Positions 25,125 to 37,780 of a stretch of DNA of 64,000 bases are shown here, piece after piece. Where the stretch lies: the NCBI GenBank assembly GCA_030390025.1, contig JASTWF010000114.1, positions 806,001 to 870,000 of the forward strand, given 5' to 3'. The notes below the pieces were generated by a model, which searched no databases, was not told where the DNA came from, and saw only the letters and a program-made list of their open reading frames with translations. This DNA is from Squalus acanthias (lineage: Eukaryota). Each line of letters opens with the position of its first letter. The stretch's first letter is position 1. The position numbers were made by a program, and so were the translations under genes.

Positions 25125-26020
25125 TTCAGCTCTACCTCACCACCACCTCTCTCGATTCCACCACTTTCTCTAAATTGTCACACTGCTTGTCCGACATCCA
25201 GCACTGGATGAGCAGAAATTTCCTCCAACTAAATTTTGGAAATTCCGAAGCCATTCTCTTCGGCCTTAGCCACAAATTCCATTCCCTCACCACCGGCCTC
25301 ATTCCTTTCCCTGGGAACTGTCTGCGGCTGATACAGACTGTTGGCAACCATGGTGTCATATCTGACCCCGACATGAGCTTCCGACCACATATCCGTGCCA
25401 TAAGTAAGACAGCCTATTTCCAGCTCCATAACATCGCCTGACTCTACCGCGCCTCAGCTCATCAGCTGCTGAAACCCTTATGCGCACATTTTTTACCTCT
25501 AGTCTTCATTATACCAAGACACTCCTGGCCGGGCTCCCACTTTCTACTCTCCGTAAACTTGAGACTATCCAAAACAAGAACCAAGTGCCTTCACCCCCGT
25601 GCTCGCTGATCTATATTGGCTCCCGGTTACATACCTTAATTTTTACATGATAATTCTCGTTTTCAAATCCCTCCATGGCCTCAACCCTCCGTATCTCTGT
25701 CATCTCCTCCAGCCATACAAATCTCCGAGATATCGAAGTTCCTCCAATTCTGGCATCGCTCCACCATTGGCGGCAGTGCTTTCAGCTACCTAGGCCCTAA
25801 GTTCTGGACTTCCCTCACTGCACCTCTCTGCTTCTCTAACACAATTTCCGCCTTTAAGACACTCCTCAAAACCTGCCCCTTTAACCAAGTTTTTGGTCAT
25901 CGGCCCTCATATCTCCTCATGTGGCTCGGAGTGAAAAAAAATTGACAACACTCCTGCGAAGTAACTTTGGACGTTTTACTCCATTAAAGGTGCTATATAA
26001 ATACAAGTTCTTGTTGTTGT
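25125..26020 (+). mobile_element. L2-type LINE 3' fragment (inverted paralogue of 1553-2452)
   Basis: CLSDIQHWMSRNFLQLNFG peptide; tail ..ggtgctatataaatacaagtt(gtt)n. Confidence 0.78.
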
Positions 26021-27399
26021 TGGTGGTGGTACGGGACTTCAGCCGGTTTTACATCGAACAGTCTACCTGACAGCAAACACACTCTATTTTTTCAGCAAAC
26101 TCAGTCTATTTAAGCAGCGCATGACAGCAAACAGTCTACAGGGTGTATTTAAAAAGAGCATGTACAAACTACAGCAAACAGAACTGATGGCCGGAACTAA
26201 GCAACTTCGCCCAATAAAAGCTTGGCGATTTCTCCAGCATAATGCAGTGAGTCCAGGATACTTACAGATTAAAAATTATGTTTGTAAAAAGTTGCTGTTA
26301 TATATTTAGGTGTTACCCAGTGGAGGTATTCGTTTTCTTTACAGTATTGATCATACCATCTAATGCCATAATAAAGCTGAACACATTTCATCTACTTAAA
26401 TTGAAGTAAATTGTGCAGGAGAAATGTGGCAGTGGGGAAGTTGGCATGTACTACATCATCTCAACCGGAGGTTAATATGGAAAGAAGGAAACGTGAAGAA
26501 TTGTTAATTAGGATTACTAAAGTGCGCCTTTCTGGAAACATGTTGACAGGGTTTATAGCTCCATTTCAGTTCGTAAAGTGGGTGCAGGTACAGAGAGATC
26601 TGGGGTTCAGGTGCACCCATTTTTGAAGGTAGCTGGACAAGATGCGAAGGCTATAAAAATGGAGGTATAGATGACAAAACTAGGGCGTTATGATAAACCT
26701 AAATAAACACTGTTTAGGATTCAGTTGGAGTATTGTGTTCACGCTTTAAGAAGGATGTCAAGACCATGTAGAGGGTGCAGAGGGGATTTACTAGAATGGT
26801 ACCAGGGATGAGGGACTTCACTTATGTGGAGAGACTTGGATTGTTCTCCTTAGAGCAGGGAGTGTTAAAGAGAGATTAAGATGCTGGGTTTCCTGAGCAC
26901 CGGGAAACCTTGTTCGCAGCCGTTAAATATAAGTCAGGCTCCCAACTGCACTGTGGGAGCCTGATTTAAATATTATAATGAGGTTTCCCGCCTGAGAGCT
27001 TTGATATGGCGGCAGGAGCTTATGCGGTGTGTTCAGGTGGGGTTACCTCATTTTTATATGTAACACACCTCCACCCTCTCACGCCCATCTTATTCCCATC
27101 CATTCCGCCAATACCGGTCCCAGGTCCTATTGCGTTCAGTAATTAATTTCTCGATCAATAAAGTATTGTAAGTACAATGTAGGTTACAGAGCACCAACAA
27201 CAACTTGTTTTACATAGCGCCTTTAACGTAGAAAAACGACAAAAGGTGCTTCACAGGAGCGATTATCAGAAATCATTTGACACATAAGGAGATATTAGGA
27301 CAGGTGACCAAAAGCTTGGTCCAAGAGGTGGGTTTTAAGGAGAGCCTTAATGGTGAAGAGTGAGGCGGAGAGTTTTAGAGAAGGGCTTGCGACAGATTG

Positions 27400-29230
27400 G
27401 GATCCACGCAGTTTCGCTCCAAACAATTAAAATTTGAAATATTCTGAAATTTGCGGGAGAATCGAACAGGTGGAGCACTTGAAGTGACAGGAATGTCTTC
27501 CGCCGGATTCGTACCACCCGGATTGTCCTTTTGCTTTGGAGTCAATGCCAGACCTTTGCTTACTGGGCGGGTCCCCTGCGGACGGTGGCCCTGGCGGGTC
27601 GCGACCCCGCTGCTGCCTCCATCACGCTTTTGAAAATGTTGTTACCTAAATGGGGCCTATTGGAGCCCAAACAGTGCGTTACCAGGCCCAATGAGATGGA
27701 GCGGTTCTGTTGACGTCATTCATGACGCGTTTACAACCGGGATCTTTAAAGGGTCTTTGGCCACATCACAGTTGAAGTTTAATCTAACATACTACTGTCG
27801 GTGCACAAAGGGGTATGGTGGCGAGATGACAGCGGGATCCTGACCCGCTGCCAAAAAAAACAACATTCCTTCCCGTCCCACCACCTTTCTCGCCCGTTAT
27901 CACCCCGGAAAATTACGGGTGGTTCCATACCGAGTTCTAACCGACTCCAACCTAAAGTCTAACTGAAATCTTAGGGGGGAATTTTCCTGTGGTTCAGCGG
28001 GCTGGATCGGTGGCGGGTCAGGAGGGAAAGTGTTTTATTTTACAGTGGTCGGGACCCCGCTGTTAATCCACCACCACGTGCCTTTACCAAATGTCGGGTC
28101 TGTCAGCGCTGAGCAGACCCGACATGCAGTGGCGGGGGAGGCAATTCAATTCATAATGACCTTGTTAACAGAGCAGTTACAACAATTTTGAACTCACCTT
28201 TAGAACTTACCAGCTCGTCAACCATGTCCACGCTGCTGTTAAGCTGGGCTGGAGTTGAATGGCCATGCAATCATCTCATTACTTGACATCTGGAAATGTA
28301 CTATAAAAGCACCCATCTCACATCTGATCACTTTCGAATCTCAGAATCAGTTGCTTACTGCATTTGGAAGACAGATTGAGCTTTGTGCAGGTTGCAATTG
28401 TTTGGAGCAAACTCTCTATTCAGCGACACCGCATTGGTACGACCTCTCTCAGCATTGACAGATTCCTTCTGTCTTCTGAAGTTCACCTGCCATCTATTCC
28501 ATCAACATGGGTACGGTTGATGCTCTTTCACCTGGGTTCTCAGAACCTGAGCAGAATCAGCTGCAACACCAACATCACCAGGCAGACCAGCAGCACCAAC
28601 AACTACACCAAACTTCTCAGCAAACACCTGATGCTGCAAAGGACAGAGGGATTCCGCACACGACCACATGGCTACACGGGACGCCAGGGATGGGATGGCC
28701 TCACCATGGCCAGATTTACTTCACTTGACGCCGCACACCCATATGGCTGCCACACGATGCGCCAGGTTGGCATCACCCACACCAACACCGTAAACCATTC
28801 ATACAATATCCAAGCCATTCCTTTCCCACTTATCAGCTTTGCGGGGGATACCGTTATGTCTTACCATTCGCTGCAACTCACTAAGCCACTTCCAAACGTG
28901 CACACCAATCTGTCGAAGAACGGAATCTGTTCAAAATAAAGATTTCAATGTTTGACAGCACATTAACAGAAACATCTCATGGACATTGGGTAAAACACGC
29001 AAGTGCCTATCTTTGTGTGTTGTCAGTTGGTATGATTGGACTTGGCTGAGGATGAGTGTGAGTGGTGGCTCGTGAGATGGGGAAGTGAAATTGTAGATAC
29101 AGACGGATGGGTGGGGGTGCAAGGTAAGAAGGTCTGCGTAAGGATGTGCAGGAGTAGGATAGTGAAGGCAGAATGATGGGGATGTGATGGGTGGCACAGC
29201 AGGATGAGATTGAATGTGGCTTTGCAGCAA
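27400..29230. mobile_element. Harbinger-like remnants (internally deleted inverted copy 27400-27965; related direct copy 27973-29230)
   Basis: Direct similarity to 9630-11560 (e.g. cagcgggatcctgacccgct; cacctgccatctattccatcaacatg). Confidence 0.6.
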
Positions 29231-30204
29231 TAGAAACATAGAAGACAGGAGCAGGAGTAGGCCATTCCGCCCCTCGAGCAAGCTCCGGCATTCGATGAGA
29301 TCATGGCTGATCATCCAAACTCAGTACCCTGTACCTGTCTTCTCCCCATATCCCTTGATACTTTTAGCTTTAAGAAATATATCTAACTCATTCTTGAATA
29401 TATTTAATGACTTGTCCTCAACTACCTTCTGTGGTAGAGAATTCCACAGGTTCACCACTCTCTGGGTGAAGAAATTCTTCCTCATTTCTGTCCTAAATGG
29501 CTTACCCCCTATCCTTATACTATGGCTACTGGTTCTGGACTCTCCGACCATCGGGAACATTCTTCCTGCATCTAGTTTGTGCAGACCTGTCAGAATTTTA
29601 TATGTTTCGATGAGAACAACTCTCATTCTTCTATACTCCAGCGAGTATCAGCCCAATCGACCCAATCTCTCCTCATATGTCATTCCTGCCATCCCAGGTA
29701 TCAGCCTTGTGAATCTTCGCTGAACTCCTTCCATGGCAAGAACATCCTTCCATAGATAAGGCAATCAAAACTGCACACAGTACTCAAGGTGTGGCCTCAC
29801 CACGGCCCTGTACAACTGCAGCAGGACATCCCTGTCCGTATACTCAAACCCTATCGCTATGAAGGCCAACATACCATTTGCCTTATTCACCGCCTGCTGC
29901 ACCTTCATGCTTACCTGCAGCGACTGGTGCACAAGTACACCCAGGTCTCGTTGCACTTCCCCTTCTCCCAATCTATTGCCATTCAGATAATAGTCTGCCT
30001 TTTTGTTTTTGACACCAAAGTGGATAACCTCGCATTTATCCCAGTTATATTGCATCTGCCATTCATCTGCCCCCTCACCCAACCTGTCCAAATCACCCTG
30101 GAGTTTCTCGGTATCCTTCTCACAGCACACACGCCCACCCAGCATTCTGTCATCTGCAAACTTGGAGATATTACATTTAGTTCCCTTATCTAGATCATTA
30201 ATGT

Positions 30205-31112
30205 GAGAAGTCGCACAACACCAGGTTATATTTCAACAACTTTATTTGAAATCACAAGCTTTCGGAGCGCTGCTCCTTCGTCAGGTGAAGTGAAGAGATA
30301 CATATAGGCACAGCATATATCGTCAGAGAACACAGCCAGATGATTACAGTTAATCTTTCCACTGCCCTTTATCACACATCGGCAGAAAGATACTCACGGC
30401 AATCAAAGGTGTGGATGGTGTCCAAACAGGTCAGTCAGCAAAACATTACATCAAAGACAATGTGGTAGATGCTGGGGAATGTATGAAAAACAAAAAAACG
30501 TTTTTTGCTGGAAATCGCAGCAGGTCGGGCCGCATCTGTGCAGAGAGAACAAGCCAACGACGACTCGAGTCTCGAGACACACGACAACGCAAAATCGTCG
30601 AGCAGAAATTAATAGAAAAGTAACGCTCCCTTGAGGACGGCCTCAACCGGGATCTTGGGTTCATGTCACGCTACATGTAACCCCACCTGACGTAGAGTCA
30701 TCCAGACTCGAGTCGTTGTTGGCTTCTTTTCTCTACACAGATGCGGCCCGACCTACTGTGATTTGCAGCAAAAAAAGTTTTCTGTTTTCCATACAGACCC
30801 CAGTATCTGCCACATTGTCTTTGATGTAATGTTTTGCTGACTGACCTGTTTGGACACCATCCACACCTTTGATTGCCGTGATCATCTCTCTGCCGAGGTG
30901 TGATAAAGGGCAGTTGGATAGATTAACTGTAATCATCTGGCTGTGTTCTCTGACTATATATGCTGTCCCTATATGTATCTCTTCACTTCACCTGATGAAG
31001 GAGCAGCGCTCCGAAAGCTTGTGATTTCAAATAAACCTGTTGGACTATAGCCTGGTGTTGAGCGACTTCTCACATTTGTCCACCCCAGTCCAACACCGGC
31101 ATCTCCACATCA
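30205..31112 (+). mobile_element. Penelope-like element remnant with inverted pLTRs; 14-bp TSD tagatcattaatgt (30191-30204 / 31113-31126)
   Basis: 30205-~30565 is the reverse complement of ~30705-31072; the centre encodes a GIY-YIG C-terminus (QRKIVEQKLIEK..DGLNRDLGFMSRY). Confidence 0.88.
30988..31024 (+). ncRNA. Minimal hammerhead ribozyme motif in the Penelope pLTR (second copy on the - strand at ~30252-30288)
   Basis: tcac-CTGATGA-a-ggagc/agc/gctcc-GAAA-GC-TT-gtga: conserved core, stem II, helix I (tcac/gtga) and palindromic AGCT helix III. Confidence 0.75.
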
Positions 31113-33709
31113 TAGATCATTAATGTATATTGTGAATAGCTGGGGTGAAAGGACCGATGCCTGCGGTACCCCACTAGTCACTGCCTGCCACTCGGAAAAT
31201 GACTCATTAATTCCTACTCTCTGCTTTCTGTCCACCAACCAGTTCTCCATCCAAGTCAATACCTTGCCCCAAATCCCATATGCCTTAACTTTACACGCTA
31301 AACTCTTATGCGGGACCTTATTGAAAGCCTTTTGAAAGTCCAAATACACCACATCTACTGGTTCTCCCTGATCTATTTTCCCAGTTACATCCTCAAAAAA
31401 TTCCAGTAGATTAGTCAAGCACGATTTACCTTTTGTAAATCCAAGTTGACTTTGTCCGATCCTGTCACTATTTTTCAAATTCTCAGCTATTGCATCCTTT
31501 GCAACGGACTCTAGCATTTTCCCCAGTACCGATGTCAGCCCTCCAATCCATTAGTACAGTTCCAGATTCCATCGCATGATGGAAGATGATCAGCATTGCA
31601 TCTACTATTTCTAGGGCCACTTCCTTAAGTCACCTAGGATGTAGATTGTCAGGCCCTGGGGATTTATCGGTCTTCAATCCCGACAATTTCCCTAACACCA
31701 TTTTCCTGCAAAGACTGATTTCTTTCAGTTCCTCCCTTTCATCAGTGACTATGTTCTCCAACATCTCTGGGAGGTTATTTGTGTCCTCCTTTGTGAAGAC
31801 AGAACCAAAATATGCATTTACTTGGTCAACCATTTATTTGTTCCCCATTATAACTTCCCCTGCTTCTGACTGCAAGGGACCTACACTTGATTTCACTAAT
31901 CTTTTTCTCTTTACATATCTATAAAAGCTGTTACACTCAGTTTTTATGTTCTCTACAGGCTTACTTTCATATTCTACTGTCCCCTTCTTAATTAATCCCT
32001 TTGTCCTCCTTTGTTGAATCTTAAACTGCTCCCAATCCTCAGGGTTACCGCTTTTTCTTGCCATTTTATCTGCCCTCTCCTTGGATCTTATGCTATCCCT
32101 AATTTCCCTTGTTAGCCACGGTTGATTCAACCTTTTTGTTTTATTCTTATGCCACACTGGGATGAAAAAATTCTGTCGTTCATCCATGCAGTCTTTCAAT
32201 ATTTGCCATTGCCTATCCACCGTCAACCCTTTGAGTGACATCTCCCCATCAATCCTACCCAATTCGCGCCTCATACCATCGTAGTTTCCTTTATTTAAAT
32301 TCAGGAACCTAGTCTCTGATTCAACTACTTCACTCTCCATCCTAATGAAGAATTCTATCATATTATGATCATCCTGACCCAAGGGGCCTCGTACAACAAG
32401 ATTGCTTATTAATCATTTCTCGTTACATAATACCCAATCCAAGATGACCTGATCTCTGTTTGGTTCCTCGACATGTTGTTCCAGAAAACCATCCCGTAAA
32501 CATTCTAGGAATTCCTCCTCCACAGTATTTTCAATAATTTGGTTAGCCCAATCTATATGTAAATTAAAGTCACCCATGATGAGTGCTGTGCCCTTACTGC
32601 ATGCTTCTCTAATTTCCATTTTAATGCCGTCCCCAATCTCCGTATTACTGTTTGGAGGTCTATATTCCACTCCCACTAACGTTTTCTGCCCCTTGTTATT
32701 TCTCAGTTCTACCCATACAGATTCCACAACATCAGATCTAATATCCTTCCTTTCAATTCTGTTAATCCCCTCTTTAACCAGCAATGCTACCCCACCTCCC
32801 TTTATTTTTTGCCTATATATCCTAAATATTGAATACCCCTGGATGTTGTGTTCCCAGCCTTGGCCACCCTGGAGCCATGTTTCTGTAATCCCAATCAAAT
32901 GGTATTCATTTACCTCTATTTGCACAGCTAATTCATCCACCTTGTTCCGAATGCTCCTTGCATTAAGACACAAAGCCTTCAGGCTTGTTTTTTTAACGGT
33001 CTCAGACCTATATGAATTGTTATTTACTGTGACCATGTTTGATTTAAACCGTTGAGTTCTTTGCCTTCTACTTTTGTTTTTCTCATTCCTGTCTTTTCCT
33101 TTTATCCTTGTTTCCCTTTCCTCTGTCTCCCTGCTCAGGTTCCCAACCCCTTGCCACATTAGTTTTAACCCTCCCCAACCGCCCTAGCAAACACTCCGCC
33201 TGGGACATCGGTCCAGGCCCTGCCCTGGTGCAGACCGTACAGTTTGTACTGGTCCCACCTCCTCCAAACCGGTTCCAATGTCCAAGGAATTTGAATCTCT
33301 CCCCCTTGCACCATTCCTCTAGCCACGTATTCATTTGAAATATCCTCCTATTTCTACTCTGACTAGCACGTGGCACTGGTAGCAATCCTGAGATTACTAC
33401 CTTTGAGGTCCTATTTTTTAATTTAACTCCTAACTCCCTATATTCTGCTTTTAGGGCCTCATCCCGTTTTTACCTATATCGTTGGTGTCTATGTGCACCA
33501 TGACAGCTGGCTGTTCGCCCTCCCCCTCCAAAAAGTTATGTAGCCGCTCTGAGACGTCCTTGACCCTTGCACCAGGGAGGCAACACACCATCCTGGAGTC
33601 TCGTTTCCGGCCACAGAAAGGCCTCAATATTCCGTTTACAATTGAGTCCCCTATCACTACAGCTCTTCCACACTTTTTCCTCCAAGCCTGTGCAGCAGAG
33701 CCACCCATG

Positions 33710-34545
33710 TTGCCAGGAAGTTGGCTATGCGGTGGTCACTCCGGCCGGTGGTCACTCCTGCCGGTGCTGTCATGGACGGATGCATCTGCAACGGGTAGAT
33801 TGGTGAGGACGAGGTCAAGTAGGTTTGTCCCTCGTGTTGGTTCTATCACCGCCTGTCGCAGGCCCAGACTGGCAGCTTTGTCCTTCAGAACTCAGCCAGC
33901 TCGGTCAGTGCTGGTGCTGCCGAGCCACTCTTGGTGATGGACATTGGGGTCCCCACCCAGAGTACGTTCTATGCCCTTGCCGCTCTCAGTGCTTCTTCCG
34001 GGTGGTGTTCAGCATGGAGGAGTGCTGGTTCATCAGCTGAGGGAGGGTGGAGGGTGGTGGTCAGTGGGAGGTTTCCTTGCCCATGCTTGACCTGGAGCCA
34101 TGGGACTTCATGAGGTCCGGGTTCAGTGTTGAGGACTCCCGGGGCCGCTTCCTTCCGACAGCGTACCGCTGTGCCGCCACCCCTGGTGGGGCTGTCCTGC
34201 CGGTGGGACAGGACATACCCAGGAATGGTGATGGAGGAATCTGGGATATTGGCTGAAAGCTATGATCCTGTGAGTATGAATATGTCAGGTTGTTGCTTGA
34301 CTAGTCTGTAGGACAACCCTCCCAATTTTGGCACAATCCCCAGATGTTAGTGAGGAAAACTTTGCAGGGTCAACTGGGCTGGGTGTGCCATTGTTGTGTT
34401 TGAAGTCGGTGCCTAGGTCGATGCCGGGTGGTCCGTCTGGTTTTATTCTTATTATTGTTTTCGGTTGCGGTTTGCTTTGACTGAGTGGCTCGCTGGGCCA
34501 TTTCAGAGGGCAGTTAAGAGTCAACCACATTGCTGTGGGTCTGGA
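33710..34545 (-). mobile_element. Second LINE family (CR1/L2 group), 5' region with APE endonuclease
   Basis: Minus-strand VLWVG..NVHHQEWL and LVKQQPDIFILT motifs; related pieces at ~36880-37100, 52600-54290 and 57590-58085. Confidence 0.7.
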
Positions 34546-34815
34546 GACAGAAATGAGGAGGAATTTCTTCACCCAGAGAGTGGTGAACCTGTGGCATTCT
34601 CTACCACAGAAGGTAGTAGAGGCCAATTCATTAAATATATTCAAGAAGGAGCTGGATATATTTCTTAAGGTTAAAGGTATCAAGGGATATGGGGAGAAAG
34701 CATGGACAGGGTTCTGAATTTGGATGATCAGCCATGATCGCATTGAATGGCGGAGCAGGTTAGAGGGGCCGAGTGGCCTACTCATGCTCCTATCTTCTTA
34801 GTGTCTATGTTTCTA
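34545..34815 (+). mobile_element. CR1 3' end
   Basis: EMRRNFFTQRVVNLW peptide and CR1 3' hairpin/tail. Confidence 0.85.
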
Positions 34816-34874
34816 AAGTATTTCACCAAAACTCTCTGAGCAAGGGCATGATCAATTAGTTCATCAGCAAAATT

Positions 34875-36215
34875 ACCCCTACACTGTCGCATTAAACACT
34901 CCCAGGGCAGGTACAGCACGGGTTAGGTACAGAGCAAAGCAGCATCTGCACTGTCCCATCAAACACTCCCAGGGCAGGTACAGCACGGGTTAGATACAGA
35001 GTAAAGCTTCCTCTACACTGTCGCATCAAACACTCCCAGGGCAGGTACAGCACGGGGTTAGATACAGAGTAAAGCTCCCTCTACACTGTCTCATCAAACA
35101 CTCCCAGGGCAGGTACAGCACGGGTTATATACAGAGTAATGCTCCCTCTACAATGTCAATTCAAACACTCACAAGGCAGGTAAACATGGGTTAGATACAG
35201 AGTAAATCTCCCACTACACCGACCCTTCAAACACTCCCAGGGCAGGTACAGCACGGGGTTAGATACAGAGTTAAGCTCCCTCTACACTGCCCATCAAACA
35301 CTCCCAGCGCAGGTCCAGCACGGGTTTGATACAGAGTAAAGCTCCCTCTACACTGTCCCATGAAACACACCCAGGCAAGGTATAGTCCGGGTTAGACACA
35401 GAGTAAAGCTCCCTCTAAATTGTCAGATCAAACACTCCCAGAACAAGTGCAGCACGGGTTAGAAAAAGAGAAAACCTCCATCTACACTGTCCCCATCATA
35501 CACTCACAGGGCAGGCACAGCACGAGTTAGATACAGAGTAAAGCTCCCTCTGCACTGTCCCGTCAAACACTCCCAGGGCAGGCACAGCACGAGTTAGTTA
35601 CAGAGTAAAACTCCCTCTACACTGTCCCCATCAAACACTCCCAGGGCAGGTACAGCAGGGGTTAGATACAGAGTAAAACTCACTCTACACTGTCCCATTA
35701 AACACTCCCAGTGCATGTGCAGCACGGGTTAGATGCAGAGTAAAGCTCCCTCTACGCTCTCCTGTCAAACACTCACAGGGCAGGCATAGCCAGGGTTAGA
35801 TACAGAAGAAATCTCCCTCTACAATGTCCCATCAAACACACCCAGGGCAATTTCAACACGGGTTAGACAGAGAGTAAATCTCCCTCTACATTTTCCCATC
35901 ACACACTCCCAGGACAGGTACAGCATGGGTTAGATAGAGAGCAAAGCTCCCTCTACACTGTCCCATGAAGCACCCTCAGGATAGGTACGGCATTGGTTAG
36001 ATACAGACTAAAGCTCCCTCTAAGCTGTCCCATCAAACACTCCCAGTGGTGGTACAGCACGGGTTATATACAGAGTAAAACTCCCTCTACGCTGTCCCAT
36101 CAAACACTCCCAGGGCAGGTAAACACGGGTTAGATACAGAGTAAAACTCCCTCTACACTGTCCCATCATAAGCTCCCTGGGCTGGCACAGCATGGGTTAA
36201 ATATACAGAAACGTT
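34875..36215. repeat. ~67-bp minisatellite, about 20 diverged copies
   Basis: Consensus acactgtcccatcaaacactcccagggcaggtacagcacgggttagatacagagtaaagctccctct. Confidence 0.95.
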
Positions 36216-36424
36216 CTCTGTAAACTGGAAGCTGGGATTTTCTCCTCATAGCAGGGGATGTTAAGGTGAGATTGAATATAAATATTCAAAATGATGATGG
36301 GTATTGAGACAGTATGTAATGAGAAACTGTTTGCCTGGCTGCCTTGTCATTACTGAAAGGAGACAGATACAATATTATTGGTAAAAGAAACATTGGGCAA
36401 AGAGAAGAACTTTGGTCACGCAGT

Positions 36425-36710
36425 TCTCTCAGGTGGACATAACATTTCACACGGCAGAATTTCCAAGAAGAGCAGCGAGTTATCCCCGGTGTTCTGGCCA
36501 GTATTTTTCTCTCAATCAACATCACTAAAACAATTGATATGACCTTTATCACATTGCTGTTTGTGGGAGCTTGCTGTGCGACAAATGGCTACTGCGTTTT
36601 GCTGCATTACAACAGTGACTGCGCTTCAAAAGTACTTCATTTGCTGTGAAGCGTTTTGGGACGTCCTGAGGTCGTGAAAGGCGCTGTAGAAATTCAAGTA
36701 TTTATTTATT
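36425..36710 (+). mobile_element. Deu-domain SINE (SacSINE1/AmnSINE-like) 3' part
   Basis: ttgctgtttgtgggagcttgctgtgcg..caaaagtacttcatt.gctgt.aagcg.tttgggacgtcctgaggtcgtgaaaggcgct matches the recalled Deu domain + L2-type tail. Confidence 0.7.
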
Positions 36711-37780
36711 TCTTAAAAGTAACTTTCAAAAGCTGAATGGATATATAGCTTAACAGCAGAAATTTTCAGGGCTATGGGGAAACGCCTTAATTGTTAACTA
36801 ACAGTCAGGACTGGATACGTCAGATTTGAAATAAACTGATCTGTTGGTTGTGGGATGGCTTGTCTCTCAAATTTCATCCCACTGAGCCCGATGGAAGTGG
36901 CACATGATACAATGGAGGTTATCCTCAGTGCGAAGGCGAGGCTTATTGTCCACAAATATTATGCAGTGGTCAGTCCTACCAATGTCGCCATGGACAGATG
37001 CATTTGCGAGAGATAGCTTGGTGAGGACGGGGTCAAGCCAGCTATTCTCTCATGTTGGTTCTCTCACCACCTGCCGCAATCCCAGTCTGGCAGCTGAGGT
37101 TTGGAGTTCTCCGTCCCAAAGGGCTGTGGACGCTGAGTCACTGAGTATATTCAAGGCTGCGATAGAGAGATTGTTGGATTCTAGAGGAATCAAGTGATAT
37201 GGGGATAGGGCAGGAAATTGGAGCTGAGGTCGAAGATTAGCCATGAGCTTATTGAATAATGGAGGAGGCTCGATGGGCCATGTGGGCTACTCCTGCTCAT
37301 CATTCATATTTTCTTATGTTCTGCCCATTTAAAAAAATGTGTTTATTGCGAAATTGATACCCGATTGGCTTGGGATGGATGAACCAGAGAAAAGCTTCGG
37401 GCAATCTATCTGTTTTCTTCCTTTATTCCTTGCTTTTTTCTATCACTTTTAGTTCAATACAGGAAGAGAAACTCTTTTCTTTCTGTTCTGTCTCGGTATT
37501 TTATGAGCGGGTTTAATATTTCTGCTTCGCTCACGTTCAATTTAAAACTCTTTACGCTATCTTGAACTAGATTATGTTGTAGTCCAGTGTGTGGTGTCAA
37601 TTGTTCAATTAGTCTGTTTGTTCAATGACTGTAATTAATGCCTGTTTCAATAATGACTCATGATGTCACTCGGGAATTTCTCTCTCCGCTAAATAAGGGT
37701 CTCCCTTCACTGTGTCACCTCACATGAACAGCGCGTTGTCTCCAGCACAGATACCACCAGCGACTCACAGAGGCGTAATC

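Larger units (their letters stand above)
29231..33710 (-). mobile_element. Long CR1 LINE (ORF1 3' part, APE endonuclease, RT, 3' tail), frameshifted, with a nested Penelope
   Basis: Successive minus-strand ORFs with GDSIV, NARSIRNK, ITETWL, GDFNL and LDFQKAF motifs. Confidence 0.92.

Noticed and set aside
34875-36215. CRISPR-like appearance of the regular arrays (also 41340-41700 and 57264-57592)
   Set aside because: Units are contiguous with no unique spacers, there are no cas genes, and the context is a vertebrate genome.
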